From Alphaproteobacteria bacterium (lineage in GTDB: Bacteria > Pseudomonadota > Alphaproteobacteria > SP197), in contig OZ219747.1 of the NCBI GenBank assembly GCA_964291265.2, positions 2,784,001 to 2,848,000 on the forward strand: a DNA stretch of 64,000 nucleotides. Reading direction: 5' to 3'. The notes under the pieces were generated by a model. The model worked only from the letters and a program-made list of their open reading frames with translations, was not told the origin of the DNA and searched no databases. Positions 29,265 to 41,529 of the stretch are shown here, piece after piece (within the stretch, counting starts at the first letter, position 1; each line of letters opens with the position of its first letter). A program made the position numbers and the translations under genes.

Positions 29265-29793
29265 CGTGGAAGGTCCATGGCCTCTCCTCGATGCATTCTA
29301 TCGCGCGGGTTCGATGGTCTTCGGTGGCGGCCATGTTGTCTTGCCCCTTCTCGAGGCCGAGGTCGTGGACACCGGCATGGTCGACCGCGAGGTCTTTCTT
29401 GCCGGATACGGCGCGGCGCAGGCGGTTCCCGGGCCGTTGTTCACATTCGCTGCCTACCTGGGCGCCGTGATGGAGACGCCACCGTCTGCATGGGCGGCCT
29501 TGCTGGCGTTGTTGGCGATCTTCTTCCCTTCGGCCCTTCTCATTGTCGGCGGCCTGCACTTCCAGGGACACTTGCGCCTCGCGCCCACGTCCCGGCGCGC
29601 CCTTGCCGGCGCCAACGCCGCGGTCGTGGGACTGCTTGCCGCAGTGTTCCATGACCCCGTCCTCCCTGCCGGCCTCATCTCGCCCCTCGCGACCGCCATC
29701 GCCGCAGCCTCCTTCGTGGTGCTCGCGGCCTGGAACGCGCCCCCCTGGGCGGTCGTGCTGCTCGCTGGCATCGCCGGTTTCCTCGTCCTGTGA
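29265..29793 (+). pseudogene. chrA: Chromate efflux transporter, 3' part
   Basis: FYRAGSMVFGGGHVVLPLL, GYGAAQAVPGPLFTF, NAAVVGLL. Confidence 0.93.
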
Positions 29794-29829
29794 CAAGGGA
29801 GCCCCAGCGCTCCCGAAGAGCCGATTAAC

Positions 29830-31512
29830 TCAGTACCAGGCATCCTCCATTGATGCCTTGCGCCGAGCCACGAAATCGTCGAGGGCCTCTGCGACCGCGT
29901 CATCGATCGATGGCGCCTCGAAGGACTCGATCATGGTCTTCCACACGGTGTTGGCCCGTTCCTCCATCCGCGGCGATCCGTCACCGGTCCAGGCTTCCCA
30001 GGGGCCGGGTTCCGGTATCGCGGGCATGAAGTTCGCAGTCTTATAACGGCGCAGTGTGTGGGCCGTCGCGAGGTGGTTCTGGCCGGGGGCCGCCTCGACA
30101 TAGGCGTCGGCTGCGAGATCCTCGGCTTCGGTGCGGAATCCCTTGAGCATGCGGAGCATCATGCCGCAGTGGTCGACATCCATGACGAACTTCTCGTAGG
30201 ACATGGTGAGTCCGGCCTCGAGCCATCCAGCGGCATGCCAGATCTGGTGGGCACCGGAGATCATCGTGGCCCACATGGCGCTGGCGGCGTCCTGCATCGC
30301 CTGTCCGTCAGGCGTGTTGGAAGCCGTGATCTGGCCACCGCCGGAACGCACGGGAACGCGAAGCCTGCGGCCGAGTTGTGCCAGGGCGAGCGTCACGAGG
30401 TTGGCCTCGGGCGTGCCGAAGGTCAGCGCTCCTGACTTGAGGTTCATGGTGGCGTGGAAACTGCCGAGAACGCAGGGGCAGCCGGGGCGGACAAGCTGGG
30501 CGAGGGCGATGCCCGCCATGCCTTCCGCCAGCGTCTGGGCGCAGATCGCCGCCGGGGTGAGCGGACCCATGGCGCCGCCGATGACCGACGGAGAGACCGC
30601 GACACACTGGTTGGCCTCCGCATAGACCCTGAGGGCTCCCGACATGGTGGCGTCGTAGACCAGCGGTGAATTGACATTGATGTTGGCCTGGATGACCGCG
30701 TTGTCCTCAAGCACCTGCGGGGAGAACGCGATCCGGGCCATGTCGATCGAATCACGCGCACGCTGCGGCGTCGTCACCGCTCCCATGAAGGGCTTGTCGG
30801 AGAGCGTGAGGTGAGCCAGCACCATGTCGAGATGGCGCTTGTTGACAGGGATGTCGACAGGTTCGCACACAGTGCCGCCCGAATGACCGAGCCACGGGGT
30901 CATGAACGTGAGACGGACGAAGTTCCTGAAGTCCTCGAGCGAGGCATAGCGCCGCCCGCGGTCAAGATCGGTCACGAAGGGTGAACCGTAGCCCGGCATC
31001 AGCACCACGTGATCGCCGCCCAGCGTGACGCTTCGTTGACCGAGCCACGGGGTCATGAACGTGAGACGGACGAAGTTCCTGAAGTCCTCGAGCGAGGCAT
31101 AGCGCCGCCCGCGGTCAAGATCGGTCACGAAGGGTGAACCGTAGCCCGGCATCAGCACCACGTGATCGCCGCCCAGCGTGACGCTTCGTTCGCGATTGCG
31201 AGCGTGAAGCACGAAGGTCTCCGGTGCCGACGCGCACAAGGCGCGCGCCTGGCCCGGCTCCATCCGGACACGCTGGTTCTCGACACGCGCTCCGGCCGAG
31301 CGGAAGAGCGCCAGGGCAACGTCATCCCCGCGAAAGTCAATGCCGACGGTGTCGAGGATCCAGTCCGCCTGCTTCTCGATGGCCTCGAGCATGTCCTCGC
31401 CAAGAGGTTCAAAGGCAGGCAGGCGCCGCCTCGTCAATGTCGTCGGTGCCGTGCCGGGGGAAGATCTTCCTCGGCGCCGCGGGGAACGCTGCCTGCCGCC
31501 TGCCGTCGTCAT
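29830..31512 (-). CDS. Trimethylamine methyltransferase (MttB) superfamily, non-pyrrolysine type, with an internal duplication
   Basis: PGYGSPFV.D, SGGTVCEPVD.PVNKRHLD, NVNSPL.YD, FGTPE, HAAGWLEAGL..SYEKF. Confidence 0.93.
   Translation of the reverse strand: MTTAGGRQRSPRRRGRSSPGTAPTTLTRRRLPAFEPLGEDMLEAIEKQADWILDTVGIDFRGDDVALALFRSAGARVENQRVRMEPGQARALCASAPETFVLHARNRERSVTLGGDHVVLMPGYGSPFVTDLDRGRRYASLEDFRNFVRLTFMTPWLGQRSVTLGGDHVVLMPGYGSPFVTDLDRGRRYASLEDFRNFVRLTFMTPWLGHSGGTVCEPVDIPVNKRHLDMVLAHLTLSDKPFMGAVTTPQRARDSIDMARIAFSPQVLEDNAVIQANINVNSPLVYDATMSGALRVYAEANQCVAVSPSVIGGAMGPLTPAAICAQTLAEGMAGIALAQLVRPGCPCVLGSFHATMNLKSGALTFGTPEANLVTLALAQLGRRLRVPVRSGGGQITASNTPDGQAMQDAASAMWATMISGAHQIWHAAGWLEAGLTMSYEKFVMDVDHCGMMLRMLKGFRTEAEDLAADAYVEAAPGQNHLATAHTLRRYKTANFMPAIPEPGPWEAWTGDGSPRMEERANTVWKTMIESFEAPSIDDAVAEALDDFVARRKASMEDAWY
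30884..31189. repeat. Apparently perfect 153-bp in-frame tandem duplication
   Basis: 30884-31036 reads identical to 31037-31189. Confidence 0.95.
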
Positions 31513-31822
31513 GCCGTGCTTCCGGTTCCCGCCTGCCCATGTGTCCCTGCCGCATGATCGAACCCGATGCCATCGGCCCGGAATCCAGCACCAGCAAGCG
31601 TTCGGTCAGCGGGTGACGATGACGAGGATGATAGCACCAACGGTGCGTTGCCCCGGAACTCGCCTGCTGTTGACGACAACAACCATTGTCGCGTTGCGGA
31701 GAACATGGATTCGACGCCGAGCATCGTGCGGGATACTCGGCGGGGGAGGGCATGACGTTGAAGGTCTGTTATCATAGAGTGACGAGGAGTGGGCAGGGCG
31801 TCTGTCGGCAAGAGGGAAACAG

Positions 31823-32893
31823 GTGATGGTCAAGCCGGTATCGGGAATGCCGCGCCGATTGGCACTGGCTGCGGGGGCCGGTGGCGTCGTGGCGGCGCTG
31901 GTGCCGTCAGCACTTCTGGCCGATACCGAACTGACGTTCTTCCGCATCGCCACCGGCGGCACGGCCGGGACCTTCTATCCGGTGGGCGCATTGGTGGCCA
32001 CGATCATTTCCGGTCCGCCGGGCGTGCCGGACTGCGAAGAGAATGGCGGCAGCTGCGTGCCCGGACTGCTGGCGACGGCCCTGTCGTCGCAAGGTGCTGT
32101 CGAGAACATCGGATCGGTCGCCTCGGGCGACGTGGAATCGGGCTTTTCCCAGTCGGATGTCGTCTATTGGGCCTATACGGGGACCGGCATCTTTGCCGGC
32201 AGCACCCCGCAGCGGCAACTGCGGTTGATCGGCAGCCTCTATCCCGAGGTCATCCACATCGTCGTCAGGCGTGATGCCGGCATCACGGCGGTTCCGGATC
32301 TGGCCGGCAAGCGGATATCTCTGGATGTCGAAGGGTCGGGAACGTTGGTCGCCGCACGGATCATCCTCGATTCCTATGGACTCGGCGACGCCGATCTCGA
32401 CGTCCGCTACATCAAGCACGGTCCGGCTGTCTCCATGATGCGGGCGGGAGCGCTCGACGGCCTCTTCGTCATGGCCGGATACCCCGCCAATTCCGTGTTC
32501 GACCTTGTCGCGGAAGGGATCGCCGAACTCTTGCCGATACCTGCGGAACATGCGCTCGGGCTGCTCGTCGACCACCCCTTCTTTTCCCTGTCGGTGGTTC
32601 CGGAAGGGTCCTATCCCGGCCTCTCCCATGTCACCACCCTGGCGATCGGAGTGCAGTGGATCGTGACACAGGGTGCGCCGGGGGATCTGGTCTATCGGAT
32701 CACGCGGGCGCTGTGGCACTCCGGCAACAGCGAGAAGCTTGCCTCAGGGCATCCCGCGGCGCGGCAGATGAAGCTCTCCAATGCCCTGCTCGGCGCCGTC
32801 GTGCCTCTGCACCCCGGCGCGGCCGCCTACTACATCGAAGCCGGACTCGATCTTTCGGATGTCCCGACTGCGGATCCTTCTTTCGCTCAGTAG
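31823..32893 (+). CDS. TAXI-family TRAP transporter solute-binding protein
   Basis: IATGGTAGTFYPVG, S.GAVEN, LYPE, PLHPGA..YY. Confidence 0.93.
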   Translation: MMVKPVSGMPRRLALAAGAGGVVAALVPSALLADTELTFFRIATGGTAGTFYPVGALVATIISGPPGVPDCEENGGSCVPGLLATALSSQGAVENIGSVASGDVESGFSQSDVVYWAYTGTGIFAGSTPQRQLRLIGSLYPEVIHIVVRRDAGITAVPDLAGKRISLDVEGSGTLVAARIILDSYGLGDADLDVRYIKHGPAVSMMRAGALDGLFVMAGYPANSVFDLVAEGIAELLPIPAEHALGLLVDHPFFSLSVVPEGSYPGLSHVTTLAIGVQWIVTQGAPGDLVYRITRALWHSGNSEKLASGHPAARQMKLSNALLGAVVPLHPGAAAYYIEAGLDLSDVPTADPSFAQ

Positions 32894-33800
32894 CCGCGTT
32901 CGAGGTCCACGACATTGATGAAGGGCTCGCCGGTGCGCAGCCGCCGACAGTTCTCGGCAATCTGGGGAGCGCTGGTCTCCGGCACGGTCAGGGCGGCGAC
33001 GTGCGGAAAGGTCATGATCTTCGGGTGATACCAGAAGGGATGGTCGTCAGGCATGGGTTCCTGGCGCTGGACATCGAGCGCGGCGCCGACGAGACGGCCA
33101 TCGTCGATCGCCCGAACGAGTTCTTCCTCCACGACATGGCCGCCCCGTGCGGCATTGACGAGAAAGGCGCCCCGCTTCATCCAGGACATGGTGCAGGCAT
33201 TCAGGATGCCTTCGGTTTCTCCGGTGAGCGGCAGCAGGCATATCACGACGTCACAGGGCGCAAGAAAATCCTCGAGTTCCTGCATTCCCGAACGGCAGGT
33301 CACGCCCTCGATGTGGCGCGGTGACCTGCTCCATCCCCTGACCCGGTAGCCCATTGCCGTGATGACACGGGCACAGTCTCCGCCGAGCACGCCGAGTCCC
33401 AGGATGCCCACCGTGACATCACGCGGCAGCGGCACCTCGAGCATCTCGTAGCGGCGCTCCCGGTGAAGACGGCGGTAGTCTTCCATGCGGCGCAGGTGGT
33501 CGAGCATCACCATGACGCACCAACCGGTCATCTGCGCGGTCATGGCGGGGTCGACAATGCGTGTCAGGGCGACGCCATCGGGAACAAGGTGGCGAGACGC
33601 CATGATATGGTCGACGCCGGCGCCAAGGGACATGACGAGCCTGAGCCGGGGAAATCGCGCCAGGTCGTCAAGGGGATGGTTCCAGACCAGGGCGGCATCG
33701 ATGTCTTCGGGTGGGCCGCTGTCAGGGTGGATGCGGAGATCGAGCCCGGGAGAGTGGGGAGCAAGACATGCCTCCCACACCGAACCGTCGCTGTGTCCGC

Positions 33801-33819
<19 letters not shown>
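32887..33819 (-). CDS. ghrA: Glyoxylate/hydroxypyruvate reductase A-like 2-hydroxyacid dehydrogenase
   Basis: SLGAGVDH, GILGLGVLG, LLPLT..T, NAARG, PHVAA. Confidence 0.88.
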
Positions 33820-35455
<1,636 letters not shown>

Positions 35456-35459
<4 letters not shown>

Positions 35460-36499
35460 GACGGCAGCTTCCGGGGATCGAAGGCATCGCGCACGGCTTC
35501 TCCGGTGAAGGTGAGGAGTGAGAGCATCAGAGCGACGACAGCAAATCCCGTCAATCCGAGCCACGGCGCCTGAAGGTTGTTGCGCCCCTGATTGAGCAGT
35601 TCTCCAAGGGAGGGCGAACCCGGCGGCAGGCCGAATCCGAGAAAGTCGAGAGCCGTGAGCGTGGTGATCGAACCATTGAGGATGAAGGGCAGGAAGGTCA
35701 GGGTCGACACCATGGCATTGGGCAGCACGTGGCGCACCATGATGACCCTGTCGGTCACCCCCAGCGCCCGCGCTGCCTTGACGTAGTCAAAGTTCCTGGT
35801 GCGCAGGAATTCCGCCCGGACCAGGCCCACGAGAGCCGTCCACGAGAACAGGACGAGGAGTCCAAGCAGGGTCCAGAATCCGGGAACGACGACGCTTGCC
35901 AGAATGATGAGGATATAGAGCACCGGTATGCCGCCCCACACTTCGAGGGCGCGTTGCGCCAGAAGGTCGATCCAGCCCCCGTAGTAGCCCTGGACGGCGC
36001 CGGCAGCGATTCCGATGGCGGACGAAACGAGTGTCAGGACGAGACCGAAGAGTACCGAGAGGCGGAAGGCGTAGATCACCCGTGCCGCGACGTCACGTCC
36101 CTGATCATCCGTTCCCAGCCAGTTTTCGGCTGTCGGTGGGGAAGGTGCCGGGCTCGGAAGGTCGTAGTTGATGGTACGGTAGTCGTAGGCAATGAGCGGC
36201 CAGACGATCCACCCGCCTCCAGCATGGATGAGATCCTTGACGAAGGGGTCGCGGTAGTCCGCCTCGGTTTCGAAATCGCCACCGAATGCCGTTTCGGGAT
36301 AGGCCGTCAGCACCGGTACGTGGAGAGCGCCGTCGAACCACACGGCGAGGGGCCGGTCATTGGCGATCAGTTCGGCCGGCAAGGTGAAGGCGAAGAGGGC
36401 GAGGAAGATTCGGAAAGACCAGTAGCCGCGTCCGTTGGCCTGGAAGTTGGTCAGGCGCCGTCGCGTGACGGGATCCAGGCTGTGGCTGTCGAGCCTCAT
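35456..36499 (-). CDS. yejE: Peptide ABC transporter permease
   Basis: LIANDRPL, LGTDDQGRDV.AR, LDFLGFGLPPGSPSLGELL. Confidence 0.92.
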
Positions 36500-37578
36500 C
36501 CGACGTCCCGGCTTTCGAAGTCTATGCGCGGGTCGACGATGACGTACATCAGGTCACCGACGAGATTGAGGACGAGACCGAGAAGGGTGAACATGTAGAG
36601 AGTTGCAAACATGACCGGATAGTCCCGGTCGATGGCCGCCTCGTACCCGAGCAGCCCGAGGCCGTCGAGCGAGAAGATGATCTCGATGAGCAGTGCGCCC
36701 GTGAAGAGGATGCCGATGATGGCCCCGGGAAAGCCGGCAATGATGATGAGCATGGCGTTGCGGAACACGTGGCCGTAGAGGATCCGCCTTTCGCTCAGGC
36801 CCTTGGCGCGTGCTGTCGTGACGTACTGGCTGCGGATCTGGTCGATGAAGGAATTCTTGGTGAGCATGGTCAGCGTGGCGAAGCTGCCGACGATGAGGGC
36901 GGCAAGGGGCAGGGCCAGGTGCCAGAAGTAGTCTGCAATCTGGCCCAGGGTGCTCATGTCCTCGAAACCCGGAGAAACGAGACCGCGCAGCGGGAAGAGC
37001 TTCCAGTAGGATCCGCCGGCGAACAGCACCACGAGGAGGATGGCGAACAGGAAACCCGGGATGGCATATCCCAGGACAATGGCGCCGCTTGTCCATACGT
37101 CGAAGGCGCTGCCGTCACGCCTTGCCTTGGCGATGCCCAGGGGAATGGACACGATGTAGACGACGAACGTCGTCCAGAGTCCAAGGGATATGGAGACAGG
37201 CATCTTCTCGACAATCAGATCGATGACGCTCCGGCTGCGAAAGGCGCTCTCCCCGAAGTCGAAGGTCAGGTAGTTCTCCATCATCAGCAGGAACCGCTCG
37301 ACCGGCGGCTTGTCGAGGCCGTACATCTTCTCGAGCTTCTCGACGAAACCGTCCGGCAGTCCCTGGGCCCCACGGTAGAGCGATTCACCTGCGGCCTGCA
37401 CGTCACCGCCGGAACCCGCAACCCTCGCCGTGGCGCCGACAGCCGTGCCCTCGAGTTCGGCAAGGATACGTTCGACGGGCCCGCCGGGCACGAACTGAAC
37501 GATGACGAAATTGACCACCATGATGGCGAACAGCGTCGGGGCGATGAACAGCAGGCGCCGCACAACGTAGGCGAGCAT
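36496..37578 (-). CDS. yejB: Peptide ABC transporter permease
   Basis: QFVPGGPVE, MPVSISLGLW, LTKNSF, HVFRNAML. Confidence 0.92.
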   Translation of the reverse strand: MLAYVVRRLLFIAPTLFAIMVVNFVIVQFVPGGPVERILAELEGTAVGATARVAGSGGDVQAAGESLYRGAQGLPDGFVEKLEKMYGLDKPPVERFLLMMENYLTFDFGESAFRSRSVIDLIVEKMPVSISLGLWTTFVVYIVSIPLGIAKARRDGSAFDVWTSGAIVLGYAIPGFLFAILLVVLFAGGSYWKLFPLRGLVSPGFEDMSTLGQIADYFWHLALPLAALIVGSFATLTMLTKNSFIDQIRSQYVTTARAKGLSERRILYGHVFRNAMLIIIAGFPGAIIGILFTGALLIEIIFSLDGLGLLGYEAAIDRDYPVMFATLYMFTLLGLVLNLVGDLMYVIVDPRIDFESRDVG

Positions 37579-37592
37579 GACGCTGCCTCCGG

Positions 37593-39416
37593 TCAGTCGC
37601 TGTCCGCTCCGATTCGCTCCCTCAGTGCCGCATCCCTTCCGGCATCAATCCACCAGGCGTCGAGAACGATGCCGTCGTCCGAAACGATGTCGGGCTGCCC
37701 GAACCTGTCCCACCAGGCAAACCGGTCGTAGGTGATGTGCCAGTTGGGAACGACATAGTGGCCGTGGCGCAGCACCCGGTCGAGAACCCGCGACGCCGTC
37801 ACGAGTTCCGCGCGGGAGCCGGCATGGACGATCTCTTCGACGAGGGCATCGATCACCGGACTCCTGATGCCGGCAAGGTTGCCGCTTCCGGGAATGTCGG
37901 CGGCTGCCGAGCCCCAGTAGTTCCTCTGTTCGTTGCCTGGTGAACGCGACTGGCCGAAGCTTGTCACCACCATGTCGAAATCGAAGTTGTCGAGACGTTC
38001 CTTGTACTGCGCGGCATCGATGGAGCGGATCTCCAGACGGACTCCGAGGCGCTCGAGCTGGGCACGGAAAGGCTGGAGAATGCGCTCGAACGCGGGCTGT
38101 ACCATGAGGAACTCGATTTCCATGGGTATGCCCGAGGGACCGGTCAACACACCGTCCTCGACCGTCCAGCCTGCCTCTGCAAGCAGGGTTCGCGCCTGGC
38201 GCAGGCTGGTCCTGATGTTGCCGGACCCGTCGGTGATCGGCGGTACGGGAGCCTCGCCGAAGACCGCATCCGGAAGGTCGTCGGCATAGTGTGCCAGAAG
38301 GGCGCGTTCGGCATCGTCCGGGGCGCCGCTGGCGGCAAGTTCCGAATTGGAGAAGTAGCTCACCGACCGCCGGTACTGGCCGTAGAAGAGCTTCTGGTTG
38401 GCCCACTCGAAATCGAAGGCCAGGGCAAGTGCCTGGCGGACCCTCGGATCGGAGAATTTCTCACGGCGCAGGTTGAACACGAATCCCTGCATGCCCTGGG
38501 GGCGGCTGTGCGCGATCTTCTCGATGACGACCAGGCCGTCATCGAAGATGCTGCCGCTGTAGGCCGTTGCCCAGCGCTTGGAATTGTTCTCCGAACGGAC
38601 ATCGTACTCGTTCGCCTTGAAGGCCTCCACCGCGATGTCGAGATCGAGATACTCGTCGTAGCGAATGCGGTCGAAGTTGTAGAAGCCGGCGTTGACGGGA
38701 AGATGGGCGCCCCAGTAGTCCTCATGGCGCTCATAGGTGATGGAACGGCCCGGGTCGACCTCCATGACCCTGTAGGGCCCGCTTCCCATGGGAAAATCGA
38801 GACTGGCCTCCTGGAAGTCCCGATCCTCGTACCAATGGCGCGGCAGCACTGGAAGATCACCCAGAATCAGCGGCAGTTCGACATTCCCCGGACCATCGAA
38901 CGTGAAGCGCACCCAGCCGCCCTCCTCGGCGACCGCTTCTCTGACATCGGCATAGTAGGCGGCATAGAAAGGCAGACCGCTCTCGCGCAGGGTTTCGAGA
39001 CTCCAGACCACGTCGTCTGCCGTGACCGGTGTGCCGTCGTGCCATCGTGCTTCGGGGCGCAGGTGGAAGGCGACCCAGGAGTGGTCGTGCGGTACCCGCA
39101 CGCGATCGGCCAGCAGTCCGTATGCCGCGGTCGGTTCATCATTCGACTCTTTCAGCAGGGTGTCATAGAGCCTCGAGAGACCGGCCGCCTTGCGTCCCCT
39201 GAGGCTGTAGGCGTTGAGGGTGTCGAAGCCGCCAAAGCCGAAGAAACGGGCCTCGCCGCCCTTGGGCGCGTCGGGATTGACATAGTCGAAGTGACGGAAG
39301 GTCTCGTCGTACTTGAGCTCGCCGTACCGCGAGATTCCGTGGGATTCCCGCACCGTTTCGGCCAGCGCGGCCCCCGCTGCCAGCACCAGGACAACAAGAA
39401 CGCATACCAGACGCAT
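37593..39416 (-). CDS. yejA: Peptide ABC transporter substrate-binding protein
   Basis: Signal peptide, HFDYVNPDAPKGG, FDFEW.N, SPGNEQR.YWGS. Confidence 0.92.
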   Translation of the reverse strand: MRLVCVLVVLVLAAGAALAETVRESHGISRYGELKYDETFRHFDYVNPDAPKGGEARFFGFGGFDTLNAYSLRGRKAAGLSRLYDTLLKESNDEPTAAYGLLADRVRVPHDHSWVAFHLRPEARWHDGTPVTADDVVWSLETLRESGLPFYAAYYADVREAVAEEGGWVRFTFDGPGNVELPLILGDLPVLPRHWYEDRDFQEASLDFPMGSGPYRVMEVDPGRSITYERHEDYWGAHLPVNAGFYNFDRIRYDEYLDLDIAVEAFKANEYDVRSENNSKRWATAYSGSIFDDGLVVIEKIAHSRPQGMQGFVFNLRREKFSDPRVRQALALAFDFEWANQKLFYGQYRRSVSYFSNSELAASGAPDDAERALLAHYADDLPDAVFGEAPVPPITDGSGNIRTSLRQARTLLAEAGWTVEDGVLTGPSGIPMEIEFLMVQPAFERILQPFRAQLERLGVRLEIRSIDAAQYKERLDNFDFDMVVTSFGQSRSPGNEQRNYWGSAAADIPGSGNLAGIRSPVIDALVEEIVHAGSRAELVTASRVLDRVLRHGHYVVPNWHITYDRFAWWDRFGQPDIVSDDGIVLDAWWIDAGRDAALRERIGADSD

Positions 39417-39839
39417 GGCCGACACTCCGCGGGATCCAGGGAGCGGGGAGTATGGCACGCCGCCGCGGCTTGATGAAGGCAGGCCGACAAGCGAATGGTC
39501 TCCTGCGGTCCGCGCGGCAATCGAGTTTCCAGGAGCTCCTCGAAACCGCGCCCGGTCACATCGCGGCCCTTTGCCACTCGGGATCGGTGTTCCGCCTTCC
39601 GGCCAAGGAGTCGTGCCGGCTGGGCTTCAAGCCTCTTCGTACCCCAGGGACAGCGGATCAACGCATCGCTCGCGGACCGCATGGCGATCCGTGATCCGGA
39701 GGCCTTCCTGCGGGTCCTCGTCAGGGTACGTGATCGGCCACGGAAGAACACCGGAAAGCGCCCTGCTTGCCCGGACACGCTCGGGCCTTGCAGATGGGCG
39801 AGGCCTGGCGCCTCGGCGAGCACCTGCCGGTGATCTTCC

Positions 39840-40010
39840 CGGGCGGGGAGGACGCCCAGGGACAAGAAGGCGGGGATGAACACCTGCTGGATGACCGGCG
39901 TCAACGCGTTCGGCACCTCCGGTCGCTGGGCCTTCACCGAGTTCACTGATGTTCACGTCATCGAGTCGCGTTTCGACGAGCTTGTTCGCGGCTTTCTCCT
40001 CGACTACGCT
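39840..40010 (+). pseudogene. C-terminal fragment of a type III restriction endonuclease (Res)
   Basis: GEDA/DKKAGMNTCWMTGVNAFGTSGRWAFTEFTDV resembles the 'W..GVN..G..GRWAF.E' Res C-terminus. Confidence 0.65.
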
Positions 40011-40018
40011 GCCGAACC

Positions 40019-40267
40019 AAGACGACCCGCTGTTTCGAGGAGCAGGTAGGCCGCAAGCGACCCTGTATCGACCCGGAATGGTGCGCGGACGTCATCGCAG
40101 TTCCGCTGCGTCGTGAGGTTCAGCCCGACGGTCGGATTCGCCATTGGGGCGAGGTGCTTCCCGCTGGCAAGGTGCCGGGGCGTATCCTGCGCGTGGTGAC
40201 GTTGGCCGACGGAGAGACAGTCCACAACGCCTTCTTCGACCGAGGATTCAGAAGGAAACGGAAATGA
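40019..40267 (+). pseudogene. Toxin partner of DUF2283 (start lost, frameshifted)
   Basis: KTTRCFEEQV.RKRP...EVQPDGRIRHWG / ILRVVTLADGETVHNAFFDRGF. Confidence 0.7.
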
Positions 40268-40479
40268 AGCTGCATTATTATCCGGAGACGGACAGCCTCT
40301 ATGTCGAGTTCAAGGCCGGGCCGGGCACCGAGACGCGGGAGGTGGCGGACGGCCTGAATGTCGATCTCGACGGCGATGGCAACGTCGTGGGCTTCGACAT
40401 CGACCGGGCCTCGCGGCGCGTCGATCTCTCGACGCTGGAGGCCGAAGCGCTGCCGCTGCGCACCACAAGGGTGGCTTGA
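40264..40479 (+). CDS. DUF2283-family putative antitoxin
   Basis: MKLHYYPETDSLYVEF...VDLDGDGNVVGFDI. Confidence 0.9.
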   Translation: MKLHYYPETDSLYVEFKAGPGTETREVADGLNVDLDGDGNVVGFDIDRASRRVDLSTLEAEALPLRTTRVA

Positions 40480-40482
40480 CCC

Positions 40483-40911
40483 GTGGCGCGCGGTGCGAAC
40501 AGGATCGAGTTTCGTCGAGACGTCCAGTGGGGGCCGGTGGTGATGGTGAGCGCCGGAGGAACCCTGGTGGAACCGCTCGACGACCGGGCCTCGTCGCTCG
40601 CGCCCCTTCGCGTCGGTGAGGCCCGCCGTTTCATCGACGGGTTCAGGATCCGGCGCCTGATTGAAGGCGTGCGTTCCCGGCCGCCCTGCGACAGTGCCTT
40701 GCTCTCGGTCGTGCTCAGCTGGTTTTCCGCCGTCTGTGACGCGCTCGGGGACGTCTTCGCCGAGATGGATGTCAACCCGCTCATCGTCGGCGAGGACTTC
40801 GTCAGGGCTGTCGATGCCGTGCTGGTCCCCCGGAGGTCAGGCGAGCATTCCGGCGGATCTGTCCCGCCCCGGAAGGTTGCCGGACGCCCGGCACAAGCCT
40901 TCCCGGCATAG
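40483..40911 (+). pseudogene. C-terminal ATP-grasp fragment of an acetate/acyl-CoA ligase
   Basis: D.QWGPVVMV.AGG..VE...D, EMDVNPLIV...AVDA; N-terminal domains absent. Confidence 0.8.
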
Positions 40912-40920
40912 GGAGCGAGC

Positions 40921-41415
40921 ATGCGTCTGTGGAGCCTTCACCCTTGCCATCTCGATGCGAGCGGTCTGGTGGCCCTGTGGCGCGAAGGTCTTCTCGCCCA
41001 GGCCGTTCTCGCTGGCAGGACCAGGGGGTACCGCCGTCATCCCCAGCTGATCCGGTTCCGCAACGAGGCCGAGCCGGTGGCGCTGATCGGAACCTACCTG
41101 TGGGCCGTCCACGCCGAAGCCGTGCGACGGGGATATCGCTTCGACGGCGCCAGGATCGAAAGCGGCGCAGCGACGATCGTGGTGGATGTGCCCCGGGGCC
41201 AGGTCGACTTCGAGTGGCGTCATCTCATGGCGAAGCTGGCCCGCCGCTCCCCTGCCTGGCGGGAATGGAACGAGACGATCGAGCGGCGGCTCCATCCGCT
41301 GTTCCGCCTCGTCGATGGCGGAACGGCCCACTGGGAGGCCGGGGAGTCCAGTACGCGGAACACGGCAACCCGGCAAGCCGGCGACGGGGAACGTCACGGC
41401 CTTCGGCAGCGCTGA
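40921..41415 (+). CDS. Pyrimidine-dimer DNA glycosylase/endonuclease V family protein
   Basis: MRLWSLHP..LD..GLVALWREGLLAQAVL.G.T.GY..HPQL.RF. Confidence 0.9.
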   Translation: MRLWSLHPCHLDASGLVALWREGLLAQAVLAGRTRGYRRHPQLIRFRNEAEPVALIGTYLWAVHAEAVRRGYRFDGARIESGAATIVVDVPRGQVDFEWRHLMAKLARRSPAWREWNETIERRLHPLFRLVDGGTAHWEAGESSTRNTATRQAGDGERHGLRQR

Positions 41416-41529
41416 TCGTCGCGAACGTCAAGGCGGGCGAGAATCCTGCGGCTGAACTGCAGGGTGACGCTTTCACCGTGAGTGGTGCCGACCCGAACCG
41501 GCGCGCCACATCGGCTGCCGGGGAACGCT

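Noticed and set aside
29830-31512. Pyrrolysine-containing MttB
   Set aside because: The ORF is open with no in-frame amber codon.
31509-31811. 100-aa ORF between mttB and the TAXI gene
   Set aside because: No recognisable similarity; likely a divergent promoter region.
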